Shown here: positions 6,836-15,631 of the stretch, piece after piece
Layout: the number at the start of each line of letters is the position of its first letter
Position numbering within the stretch: position 1 is the first letter of the stretch
Assembly (NCBI GenBank): GCA_016281405.1
Contig: JAEEIO010000013.1
Span: forward strand, 1-50,279
Length of the DNA: 50,279 nt
Reading direction: 5' to 3'
DNA from: Clostridiales bacterium
GTDB lineage: Bacteria > Bacillota > Clostridia > Oscillospirales > RGIG5299
Notes under the pieces: generated by a model
Told to the model about the DNA's origin: nothing
The model's input: only the letters and a program-made list of their open reading frames with translations
Databases searched by the model: none
Made by a program: the position numbers and the translations under genes

Positions 6836-9259
6836 TTACAACAGTATCATGCGAATTTCGGTTATTATGCTCTCGACGAAGTTGATGACCTGGCCGATGA
6901 GCGTTATGCCGAGGATGCTGACCATCCAGATGAGAATCATCATAAGGCCTACGACTATGCCGACTCTTATCGTCTTGCCGACGCTGTAGTCGTTCAGCGT
7001 CTTAAGCCCGCCTATCATCAGGAAGAATACCCAGACGGAGGATATCTGTAAAAGTGAGCTCCAGATATCGAACTCGGACTGGCAAAGGACGTGGCTTAAG
7101 GGGATGAGGATCAGCGTCATGAAGATGTAGGGTATCTCGGCCATCGCCGTGGCGTAGAATATCTCCTTGAACTTCGATTCGCCGTCCCATATCGACGTTA
7201 TCGCGATGCTCGCGGCGGCCCACGTTATGGGCGGCAGGAGCATCTTGATGATTTCGAGCGCTATGTTCGCGTTTCTCGGTTCGAGGTCGGCGAGAGGATA
7301 GTGGACGAGGAAGATGAAGGCGAGTCTTACGACTACGACCAGCACGAAGACCACTATCGGCGGCCACCACATCAGTTTGTCGGCCGAGCCTTTTATACGG
7401 TCAAACAGTTTGAAGGGCGACCGGAGCGTGCCGACGAATATCTGAGCGTTTTTCTTGACCGACCATTTCTTTCTGCCCTCTTCGGACGAGAAGGAAAGCG
7501 CGAGGTCGGCCGTCTTGGCTATTCCCTTGAAGAGGAAGAAGACGCCGAAGCCTATCGCGACGGCAACCACTACTATAAGGAAGAAATACTGGCGGAAGGT
7601 CTCGCGGCGCCATTCGCCGAAGGCCTGCGAGTAGCCTGCGCGGTCCTGCGCGAGATAGTAGAGGTCCATGGCCTTTGCGTAGTTGCCGTCCTTGAACTCG
7701 GTCTTGGCGAGGCCGACGTGAGCCATGTCGTAGGTGGAGGTCATCGCGAGGACTTCCTTCCACGTCTCGGAGGCGGCGTCGTATTTGCCTTCGGAGTAGT
7801 AGTTGACGGCTTCGTGGACTTTGGTTATGAAGGCCGTGGGTTTGAATATCTGAATGGAATTGAGGTTTTTATCGAGGACGTAGATGCTGCCCTGGCTGTC
7901 GACTGCGAGCGATTCGGGATATTCGAAGGTGCCCTTCGAGTCGCCCAGACCGCCGAAGACGGTGAGGCAGTTGCCCTCCTGGTCGTATTGATAGAGCTTG
8001 CCGTTGTTTCTCTCGAGAACGGTCACGATGCCCGTATCGTCGACGCATATATCGGCGAAGACCGGGAACTGATAGAGGCCTCTCTCGTTGACGCGCTCGC
8101 CAAACCAGAAGGTCTCGCCGAGCAGGCTCGCCTTAGCGAAGAAGAGAGCGAGGGGGTTGGTGTCGCTCGAGAAGAAGCTCGCGACCAAGGAATCGTAAAT
8201 GCTTCCGGTGCCGCCGCCGCCGTAGTTCTTATATATGTTGTCGCCGACGGAGTTGAGCCTCTTTATCTCGCCGCCCAGGGTGTCCTGCGTGACGGCGTAG
8301 ACGAGGGCGTCTTTACCGAGGGTGATGTTAAGATAGAACTTGGCGTAGGTCTTGGTCTTGCTCTTGACGTATTCGCTGAGGCCCAAAGCTCTGTATATCG
8401 CGAGCTCGAGGTCGAAGGCGACCGAAGCCTGTCCGAAGTAGCCCTTGAATTCGTTGTTGTCGTCGAGAGTCATGACCGACTCCTTGACGACGACGTAAAG
8501 ATAACCGGTCTTGGTCTTGATTATCTTCGCGGGGGCGTAGTTGGTGGATATCTCTTCGTCGGTGATGAGGTCGGAGGTCGGGATACCGTAAACTCTGACG
8601 AGGGAGCCGTCCTGCGCTATCGTGACGATGCGTTTGTTCTCGGTGTCGGCGACGTAGATGTTGTCGTTCTCAAAGTCGGCGATGAATACGCCGCGGGGAC
8701 TCGAGAAGGAGGAGAACTCGTTTACGGTAATCTCTTTGGTGAGGGTCACTTCCCTCTCCTTGACGACCTCTTCGCCGTCAACCGTTTCGGTATACTGTTC
8801 GACGCCCTGCTTTTCGCCCGTCTTGACGGTCTCCGCAAAGTAGCCGCCCCAGATACCCAAGAGCTCCTGATTTCTGTTGAACTTGACGATACGGTTGTTC
8901 TTGGTGTCGGCCACGTAGATGTTGTCGTAAACGTCGATGAAGATGTCTTCGGGCGAGGTGAGCTCTATTTTATCGCCCACGTCGACCTTGACCTCTTCGT
9001 ATTCCGCCGTTTCGACGGCGTAGCCTTCGGCGTCGACGACGGTCTTTTTGTTGCCCGTGGCTCTCCAGTAGGTGAACTCGGAGAAAGCCTCGATCTCCAT
9101 TATGACCGTTTCGACGTTGTAGGTGGTGGGTATGGCCGTCCTGCCGTCGATGCCGTGAGGGATGTAGTTATCGCTTTCGGCGCCCGCGCCTATGCAGAGA
9201 AGTCCGACGAGGACGAGGGCCGCGAGGGTCACGCTTAAGATACGCTTTACCGTTTTCAT
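6836..9259 (-). CDS. Signal peptide + NHL-repeat beta-propeller + TPR-like segment + C-terminal Yip1-type multi-TM domain
   Basis: 807 aa. NHL-like repeats DNIYVADTKNNRIVKFN, DNIYVADTENKRIVTIAQDG, GSIYVLDKNLNSIQIFKP. Then a TM segment (FFLIVVVAVAIGFGVFFLF) and about five further TM helices with Yip1-like spacing. Confidence 0.65.
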   Translation of the reverse strand: MKTVKRILSVTLAALVLVGLLCIGAGAESDNYIPHGIDGRTAIPTTYNVETVIMEIEAFSEFTYWRATGNKKTVVDAEGYAVETAEYEEVKVDVGDKIELTSPEDIFIDVYDNIYVADTKNNRIVKFNRNQELLGIWGGYFAETVKTGEKQGVEQYTETVDGEEVVKEREVTLTKEITVNEFSSFSSPRGVFIADFENDNIYVADTENKRIVTIAQDGSLVRVYGIPTSDLITDEEISTNYAPAKIIKTKTGYLYVVVKESVMTLDDNNEFKGYFGQASVAFDLELAIYRALGLSEYVKSKTKTYAKFYLNITLGKDALVYAVTQDTLGGEIKRLNSVGDNIYKNYGGGGTGSIYDSLVASFFSSDTNPLALFFAKASLLGETFWFGERVNERGLYQFPVFADICVDDTGIVTVLERNNGKLYQYDQEGNCLTVFGGLGDSKGTFEYPESLAVDSQGSIYVLDKNLNSIQIFKPTAFITKVHEAVNYYSEGKYDAASETWKEVLAMTSTYDMAHVGLAKTEFKDGNYAKAMDLYYLAQDRAGYSQAFGEWRRETFRQYFFLIVVVAVAIGFGVFFLFKGIAKTADLALSFSSEEGRKKWSVKKNAQIFVGTLRSPFKLFDRIKGSADKLMWWPPIVVFVLVVVVRLAFIFLVHYPLADLEPRNANIALEIIKMLLPPITWAAASIAITSIWDGESKFKEIFYATAMAEIPYIFMTLILIPLSHVLCQSEFDIWSSLLQISSVWVFFLMIGGLKTLNDYSVGKTIRVGIVVGLMMILIWMVSILGITLIGQVINFVESIITEIRMILL

Positions 9260-9272
9260 GCGCGTCGCCTCC

Positions 9273-10208
9273 TTAACCCTTGATGCCCGCGTAGGTCATG
9301 GTCTCGATAACCTTACGCTGCATTATGACGAATATGACTATTGTCGGGAGAGTCATGAGAAGACTGGCCGCCGCGACTATGCCGGCCGTGGCAAGGGTCG
9401 CCGCGCCGGCGCCGCCCGCAAGGCTCTGGAGCGCAAGAGGAAGCGTTCTCATCGACTGCTTGGAGATGAATATGAGGGGCGTGAAATAGTCGTTCCACGA
9501 TCCGACGAAGGAGAAGACTATGAGGGCGGAGAGAGCGGGCTTCTGGGCGGGCATGACAATCTTCCAGAATATCCTGAACTCTCCCGCGCCGTCGATTCGC
9601 GCGGCCTCTATAAGCTCGTAGGGGTATTGGTCTATAAACTGTTTCATGAGGAAGAAGTTGCCCGACGCGCCGACGGAAACTATTATGATGCCGACGTAGG
9701 AGTCGAGCAGGTGCAGGTTTGAAACGACGAGGAAGGAGGGTATTCTCGTGACGTAGGGCGAGAACATGAGGGTCGCTATGACGACGCTGAATATTATGTT
9801 CTTTCCGGGGATGTTGAACTTGGAAAGACCGTAGGCGCCCATCGAGCAGACCAGGCAGGTGCCCGCCACTATGCTGACCGTAAGCACTATACTGTTGAAA
9901 AGATAACGGGTAAAGGGCACGGTCGAGTTCGAAAGAGCCGTAAAGAGGTTGGTGAAGTTATCGAGCGTCGGCTTTTCGACGAAAAACCTCGGAGGATAGT
10001 AGAAAAGCTCGTCGTAGGGTTTCAAGGAGCTTGAAATCATATAGACTATCGGAAGGAGGCAGAAGACGGCGAGAAGTATCATAAAGATATAGAGCAATAC
10101 CCAACCGACCGTTATGTGACGGAAGCCGCGGCGGATATCCTTCATCTTTTCGATAAATCTCTTTTTGAAGGGTTCTTTCGCTATTACTTTTGTCGATTCG
10201 TAATTCAC
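9273..10208 (-). CDS. Carbohydrate ABC transporter permease, MalG-like (first pair)
   Basis: 311 aa, 6 TM, EAA loop IEAARIDGAGEFRIFWKIVMPAQKP. Starts 17 nt after the upstream permease. Confidence 0.9.
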   Translation of the reverse strand: MNYESTKVIAKEPFKKRFIEKMKDIRRGFRHITVGWVLLYIFMILLAVFCLLPIVYMISSSLKPYDELFYYPPRFFVEKPTLDNFTNLFTALSNSTVPFTRYLFNSIVLTVSIVAGTCLVCSMGAYGLSKFNIPGKNIIFSVVIATLMFSPYVTRIPSFLVVSNLHLLDSYVGIIIVSVGASGNFFLMKQFIDQYPYELIEAARIDGAGEFRIFWKIVMPAQKPALSALIVFSFVGSWNDYFTPLIFISKQSMRTLPLALQSLAGGAGAATLATAGIVAAASLLMTLPTIVIFVIMQRKVIETMTYAGIKG

Positions 10209-10225
10209 TTACTTCTCCTCCTTTC

Positions 10226-11161
10226 TCATTCGTCGGTGGATCTGAGGATCCGCATTATTATTTTACCTATTATAAAGGTCATGAGGAAGAGCACGACGGC
10301 TATGGCCGAGGCGTAGCCCATCTGGAAGCGGACGAAGGCGTAGTCGTAAAGGTGGGCGACTATCGTGTGTGCCGCGTAGTTGGGCGAGGGGAAGCCCGCG
10401 ACGTTGACCGCTATGTCGAAGACCGCGAGGGCGCCCGTTACCGAGGTGATGGCGCCGTAGAGGAGCTGAGGCTTCATCGAGGGGAGGATTATATACTGAA
10501 GCTCCTGGAACTTGGTCTTGATGCCGTCTATCCTGCCCGATTCGAGAAGCTCGCGGTTGAGGTTCTGAATACCGGCGAGGAAGACGAGGAAGCCGCCGCC
10601 CATACTCATCCATATCTGGATTATGATTATGACCGTCATAATATAGGCGGGGTTCAAGGTCCACGCGATGGGCTCGGAGATAAGTCCGATATTGAGTAGG
10701 AAGTTATTCAGATAGCCGTATTTATCGCTCGAGAAGACGACCATCCAGATAACCGACATCGCGACGCCCGAGGTGATGGAGGGGATATAGAAGGCGAGGG
10801 CGAAACCGGTCTTGAATTTGAGGTTGTTTATGACCCACGCCGAAACGAAGGACATCAGATAACCCACGGGACCGGTGATTATCGCGAAGGTGAAGGTGTT
10901 TTTAAGGGAGAGGATGAATATATCGTCATCCAGGAAAAGGAGTCTGTAGTTGGTGATACCCGCGAAGGTCGGCGCCTCTATCATATTATAATTGGTAAGG
11001 CTGAGGCCCATCGCGACTATGACCGGGGTGATGGTGAAGACTATGAAGAGGATGAAGAACGGGAGGAAAAAGAGCAGTCCGACCCAGTTTTTCGTAAGCT
11101 TTTTGGGCTTTCTCTTCTTGGCAATAAGCGGGGATTCCACCGCCGCGTTAACAGCGTCCAA
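10226..11161 (-). CDS. Sugar ABC transporter permease, MalF-like (first pair)
   Basis: 311 aa. EAA-like loop LESGRIDGIKTKFQELQYIILPSMKP. TTG start directly abuts the TAA stop of the binding protein, with AAGGAGGG 8 nt upstream. Confidence 0.9.
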   Translation of the reverse strand: MDAVNAAVESPLIAKKRKPKKLTKNWVGLLFFLPFFILFIVFTITPVIVAMGLSLTNYNMIEAPTFAGITNYRLLFLDDDIFILSLKNTFTFAIITGPVGYLMSFVSAWVINNLKFKTGFALAFYIPSITSGVAMSVIWMVVFSSDKYGYLNNFLLNIGLISEPIAWTLNPAYIMTVIIIIQIWMSMGGGFLVFLAGIQNLNRELLESGRIDGIKTKFQELQYIILPSMKPQLLYGAITSVTGALAVFDIAVNVAGFPSPNYAAHTIVAHLYDYAFVRFQMGYASAIAVVLFLMTFIIGKIIMRILRSTDE

Positions 11162-14155
11162 TTATGCTCCCTCCTTTTCGTAAAGATAACCGAAGCCGTA
11201 TTCCTCGTGCTTCATCTTGAGCTCGCGGTTTATTGCTATGACCGCTTCCTCAAGAGCGTCTCTCAGGTTGAGACCGTTCATAACGACCTTGGTCCACGCG
11301 TTGGTGAGGTGTCTTGCGGTGAAGTATCCGCCGAGGACGTAGGGATATTCGTAGACCCACTTTCTCGTCTCGCGGATGACGTTCAGGTCTTCGACGCTCC
11401 AGTTCATCTTGTCGAAGGCGTTAAGGTTGGCGGAGTTCCATCTGGCGGCCTCGCCGACGATGCCCTCGATGCTGACGCCGTATTCGGTCTGGGTCTCTTC
11501 GCTCATCCACCATTTGAGGAGCTCCCAGCATTCGTCGGGCATTTCGGTCCCGCTCATGACGAAGGAGGAGGTGCCGACCGAGCCGCTGTGCGTTCTGTTG
11601 ACCGATTTGGTGCCGTCTTCGTTCTCGACCTCAAGGCCGGGCATAAGGGCTATGGCCCAGCGGCCGTTGAGCTCGGGCGCGGCGGCCTTCAGCTGGATGT
11701 AAGTGGCGAAGCTGCCCATGCCGCAGGGAGTCTCGCCCGTGCGGAATCTGTTATAGAAGTCCTGCGCGACGGGGACTGCGTATTTGGTGAAGAGGTCGGT
11801 CTGTTCCTTCATCGCCATATAGGCTTCGGCGGTGTCGAGACCCGAATAGAGAAGGTCTTCGGTGTAGACGCTGCCGCCGTATTGGAGAAGGTAGGAGGTC
11901 TCGTCACGGCCGAGCGCTATCGTCATTTCTCTGGCGTAGAGGACGGGCAGAACGTAATTGTAAATATCCTGTCTGGACTGGGGGACCTCAAGGCCTAACT
12001 GCTCGAAGATGTCGGTGCGGTAGAAGAAGGCTCTGAAGTCCATCGTCTCGGGAAGACCGTAGATGCCGCCGTTGTAAGTCAGGGGGTTGAAGATGACGGG
12101 GAGGAACCACTCTTTGACTTCCTCGAAGTCGTCGTACTTACTGAGGTCGAGCGTCGCGTGTCTGACGGCGAACTCGGCGGGCGAGCCGCTGTCGGCCGAG
12201 ACGCAGACGTCGGGGACGTTGACGCCGGACGCAATGGCGAGCATCAGCGCGTTGGTCGCGCCCGCGGAAAGCTGACCGGCGGGCATTATGGCGAGCTGAA
12301 CGCCTATGTCTTTCTCGGGAGTGAAGGTGTTGTCGGCGAGTTCCTTGAAGAGCTCGGCCCAGTCGATGCCTCGGGCGATCCATACCTTGAGCACCTTTTC
12401 GGGTATCTTCGCTCCCTCGACGCCCTTTATGCTGTCGTAGTCCTTGACGAAGGAGAGGAAGAAGTTCTTAACGGAAGACGAAAACTTGTCCCAGAAGGAC
12501 GCGACGCGGGACGGGAGCTTGTATTCGTCGGTATATACGGTAAAAATGTCTATCGCAAGAGGTTGTGATTGAAGCGAGGAATAGTAAGTCGAGAGACTCG
12601 TCTGCGCGCTTAGGAAGTCGGTGTCGTAAAGTCTCGCGACGCGGTATTCGTATTTCACGGCGGTGTCGAAGGCGGTCTTCAGATATTTGAAGCTGTTGGC
12701 CATCGAGGGTATTCTGCCGTTCGCGGCGATGTCGACGAGGAAATCGTATTTCCAGGCCATGCTGTCGCTCATTATCTGGAACTTTTTCCGGAAGCCCCTC
12801 TTGTCGTTGCCGTCGTAGAAGCCGTAGTCGTAGTTATAGTCGGGCTTCGAGCCGGTTATGGTGCGTATGTCGCTCATGAAGCCGTTCATAAGCTCCATAT
12901 CGTAGTAGATCGACTGGATGAGCGGGGTGTAGTCGCCCATGACGACGGTCATCGTGATGGTGTGGACGCCCTCGTCGAAATAGTAGTAAACGGGCGCGCC
13001 GTCCACCTCGAGGGTGTAGTTCATCCAGTCTTTTCTTTCGAGATATCTGAACTCGTATTCGACGAACTCGGAGAAAGGCACCTCGCCGTCTATCTCTATC
13101 TTACGGTAGACGGATATGCTGTCGTTATAGGCCTGCCATTCGCGGAAGGCTATCTTATAGGTGCCCGCCTTTTTGACCTCGAAGCTCCAGGTGAGCGCCT
13201 TGCCCGCCTTGACCCAGGTGCCGCTGCCTATTATGTTGAGGATCTTCTTATCCCACTGATAGGGAGAGCAACCGGGGTCGCCGTCGGCCTCGCGGCGGAT
13301 GGCGCTGCCGTTGCGCTCTATCGGGAACTCGGCCTCGAACTCTATAGGCTCAGACGTGGCGGCCTGCTTGTCAAGGCCGTCCTTCTTTAAGGCCGCGGTA
13401 TATTCGGCGTAGGTCATAAGCTGTTTCTGCGGCTTGACGGTGAGGTCGCCGAATACCATGTCGCCCGAATAGTAGACCATCGAGACGGTATGCTCGCCCG
13501 CCTCGAAATAGATGGCTATCGGCATCGCGTAGAAGCCGTAGTAATCCATAAAGCCGGACTCGCGCCACTCCTCGATCTCCACCGCGCGGGGCCTCATCTC
13601 GTCGCCGTCGGTGTTCTTTACACGGACGGCGCCGTTTTCGTCGGTGAAATAGCGGTAGAACATGTGGTTGTCGGCCTCGTAGTAGAGCTTCTCTCCGTCG
13701 AAGAGGAGCTTACGGACGGGGTCGGCGCCGTTGCCCGCGGGGATGAAATAGTCGAGCGAGAACTCGTAAAGTCCCGCTTCGGCAACGGTGAAGGTCCAGG
13801 TCAGCGTTCCGTCCTCATAGGTCCAGAGGGAACCCGTCCTCTTGTCGCCCTCGGGCCCGTAAAGTCCCGTCTCGACGGCGCTGCCGTCCTCTTTCCTGAC
13901 GGTTTCGGGCGTGATGACGACGGTGTTGCTTTCCACGTCCGCGGGGGCGGTATAGCCCGCCTTGAGATAGCTCTCGTAGAGCCTGGTGTAGAAAGGCACG
14001 TCCATCAGCTCGGCGATAAGCTCGTCGGTGTAGGGGTCTTCGACGCCGTAGGTGAATTGCGCGGCGCTTGCGAACAGACCGCAGACCGACGGCATTATGA
14101 GGAACACCGTCAGCACGACCGACAGAAGCCTTGCGAGCTTTCTGCTTGTTTGCAT
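11162..14155 (-). CDS. Giant extracellular solute-binding protein: two CBM-like beta-sandwich modules + CUT1-type SBP domain
   Basis: ORF 11162-14164. I prefer ATG 14155 (GGAAAGGA 9 nt upstream) over TTG 14164. Two similar N-terminal modules (LTWTFTVAEAGLYEFSLDYF... and LTWSFEVKKAGTYKIAFREW...). The C-terminal ~440 aa look like a type-1 sugar SBP (VLKVWIARG..., GLPETMDFRAFFYRTDIF...). Confidence 0.8.
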   Translation of the reverse strand: MQTSRKLARLLSVVLTVFLIMPSVCGLFASAAQFTYGVEDPYTDELIAELMDVPFYTRLYESYLKAGYTAPADVESNTVVITPETVRKEDGSAVETGLYGPEGDKRTGSLWTYEDGTLTWTFTVAEAGLYEFSLDYFIPAGNGADPVRKLLFDGEKLYYEADNHMFYRYFTDENGAVRVKNTDGDEMRPRAVEIEEWRESGFMDYYGFYAMPIAIYFEAGEHTVSMVYYSGDMVFGDLTVKPQKQLMTYAEYTAALKKDGLDKQAATSEPIEFEAEFPIERNGSAIRREADGDPGCSPYQWDKKILNIIGSGTWVKAGKALTWSFEVKKAGTYKIAFREWQAYNDSISVYRKIEIDGEVPFSEFVEYEFRYLERKDWMNYTLEVDGAPVYYYFDEGVHTITMTVVMGDYTPLIQSIYYDMELMNGFMSDIRTITGSKPDYNYDYGFYDGNDKRGFRKKFQIMSDSMAWKYDFLVDIAANGRIPSMANSFKYLKTAFDTAVKYEYRVARLYDTDFLSAQTSLSTYYSSLQSQPLAIDIFTVYTDEYKLPSRVASFWDKFSSSVKNFFLSFVKDYDSIKGVEGAKIPEKVLKVWIARGIDWAELFKELADNTFTPEKDIGVQLAIMPAGQLSAGATNALMLAIASGVNVPDVCVSADSGSPAEFAVRHATLDLSKYDDFEEVKEWFLPVIFNPLTYNGGIYGLPETMDFRAFFYRTDIFEQLGLEVPQSRQDIYNYVLPVLYAREMTIALGRDETSYLLQYGGSVYTEDLLYSGLDTAEAYMAMKEQTDLFTKYAVPVAQDFYNRFRTGETPCGMGSFATYIQLKAAAPELNGRWAIALMPGLEVENEDGTKSVNRTHSGSVGTSSFVMSGTEMPDECWELLKWWMSEETQTEYGVSIEGIVGEAARWNSANLNAFDKMNWSVEDLNVIRETRKWVYEYPYVLGGYFTARHLTNAWTKVVMNGLNLRDALEEAVIAINRELKMKHEEYGFGYLYEKEGA

Positions 14156-14187
14156 CTGCTTCAATCCTTTCCGGGAAAATGATAGAC

Positions 14188-14208
14188 ACTGAAAGTTACT
14201 GTTTCAGT
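14188..14208. promoter_or_regulatory. Perfect 7-7-7 inverted repeat at the operon transcription start (candidate operator)
   Basis: actgaaa (14188-14194), gttactg, tttcagt (14202-14208), immediately downstream of the -10 box of the operon promoter. Confidence 0.45.
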
Positions 14209-14215
14209 ATCTATA

Positions 14216-14243
14216 ATTATATACAAATCGCTTGATTTGTCAA
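14216..14243 (-). promoter_or_regulatory. Strong sigma-A promoter of the ABC/NHL-Yip1/DUF5696-like operon
   Basis: Minus strand reads TTGACA (14238-14243), 16-nt spacer, TATAAT (14216-14221). Confidence 0.7.
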
Positions 14244-14268
14244 CGTTTTGACGGCGTCCCGCGCGGCG

Positions 14269-14305
14269 CGAAAACGGCGTCGGCGGCCGTTTTCGGCGGT
14301 TTTTT
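14269..14305 (+). terminator. Plus-strand-oriented terminator-like hairpin with no annotated plus-strand gene upstream
   Basis: cgaaaacggc (14269-14278), 7-nt loop, gccgttttcg (14286-14295), then gcggtttttt. Confidence 0.4.
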
Positions 14306-14472
14306 CGATTTTTAACTTTTATTTAATTTTATTGTAAGCAAAACGAAAGATAATATTATTGAAATCGTAATGGCGCTTACCCGTTATTTTTACCACAAAT
14401 CACTTTTTTTCAGCCGATTTTCAGCCCCGCTTCACTCTGTGAGAGGGGATCAAAAAAGCGGTTTTCGGACGT

Positions 14473-14502
14473 AAAAAAACGGAGGAAAATCCTCCGTTTT
14501 TT
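14473..14502 (-). terminator. Bidirectional rho-independent terminator after the URO-D-like gene
   Basis: cggagga (14480-14486), loop aaa, tcctccg (14490-14496), flanked by A7 and T6 runs. Confidence 0.8.
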
Positions 14503-14514
14503 AATCTTTATGAA

Positions 14515-15520
14515 TTAAACGGCGCTGTTTTCGAGTATGACTTTCTTCGCCCACTCGGCCCATTCGGGCTTTACGCCGATGTTGTCGTAGCCGCCGCCGT
14601 AGTCCTTGGCTATCCAGCCGCCGCCGGCCGCTCTGAAGAGTTTGCACATCTCGAGGGCGCGGGATTCTATGAACTCTTTGTCGCCCGTGGGAAGAACCTT
14701 CTGTATGTCTACGGGTGAGTAGAAAACAACCCTGTCGGCAAACTCGGAGGCAAGCACCTCGGTCGGATAGACGTCGGGCTGGTCGAACTGAAAGACGTCG
14801 ATGCCCGCGTCGATGAGGTCTTTCATAAGGACGTAATTTTTGCCGCAGGAGTGCATGAAGGTCGCCATACCCGCTTCGTGGGCGGCGTCGGCTATCTTGC
14901 GGTAGTAGGGTTTTATAAGCTCTCTGAAGGTGTCGGGAGACGAAGGTGCTTTCCTGCGTGCCGAGGTCGTCGCCCAGAAACCACGCGTCGAAGCCGCATC
15001 CCGCGATGCTTTTGATTATCTGCGCTTCGTGGTCGGAGACCATATCCATAAACTCGGCGACGTGCTCGGGCTCTATAATCATATCCATCAGAGCGTTTGT
15101 CATCAGGCGGGCGTCACGAAGGGTCGAGAAGACCTGACGGCCGACGGCGACTACGAATTTCTCGGAGTGGGCGAAATCGTGCTTAAGGAATTCCTCACGG
15201 TAGTTCGGGTCGAATTCGGGCATTTTGAAGGTGTAGTCGTCCCAGTCCTGAATCACGCCCCTCACGCACTCGCCGTTGGTCTTTCCGTTGAAACGGCCGT
15301 AGATATTGCCGAAAATATCGCGGCGCACCTCGCCCTTGAAGCCAGAGAGCTCCTTGAGTTCGGGGTAGTCGCCCCAGTTTTCGTAGGGGTTGGGTTCGAG
15401 GTTTATATAGCGGCGCGACCAGACCATCGCGAAGTCGGAAGGGCCGCCTATGAAATCGAAGCCGAAGCGGGGCGGATTATCGTGTCTTATAAGGCGTTTG
15501 ATTACTTCTTTCGACGTCAT
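14515..15520 (-). pseudogene. Uroporphyrinogen-decarboxylase (URO-D/MtaA-like) family gene interrupted by a frameshift near 14935-14943
   Basis: ORF 14501-15520 is protein-like up to ...DDLGTQESTFVS, then turns into Arg-rich nonsense. The adjacent frame continues SPDTFRELIKPYYRKIADAAHEAGMATFMHSCGKN... into ORF 14515-14868. The joined length (~335 aa) fits the family. Confidence 0.75.
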
Positions 15521-15590
15521 AACGTCACCCTGCCGCGCGGCGACGGCGTTTTTTGCGATAACGGACGCCGCGGCTTTATCCGTCGTTAGT

Positions 15591-15619
15591 ATTATACACC
15601 GTTATTGCCGCGGTGTAAA
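15591..15619 (-). promoter_or_regulatory. Promoter of the URO-D-like gene
   Basis: Minus strand reads TTTACA (15614-15619), 17-nt spacer, TATAAT (15591-15596). Confidence 0.55.
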
Positions 15620-15631
15620 TTGCAATACGGG

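Noticed and set aside
14188-14208. The palindrome at the operon start as a CcpA cre site.
   Set aside because: Spacing and sequence (7-7-7, no central CG) do not fit the 14-nt cre consensus TGWAANCGNTNWCA. It is kept only as a generic operator candidate.
14501-14930. C-terminal ~145 aa of ORF 14501-15520 (RHLQRAYKTLLPQDSRRRPRSG…).
   Set aside because: It is an Arg-rich out-of-frame read-through after the frameshift. The overlapping frame (14515-14868 and upstream) carries the genuine URO-D C-terminus.
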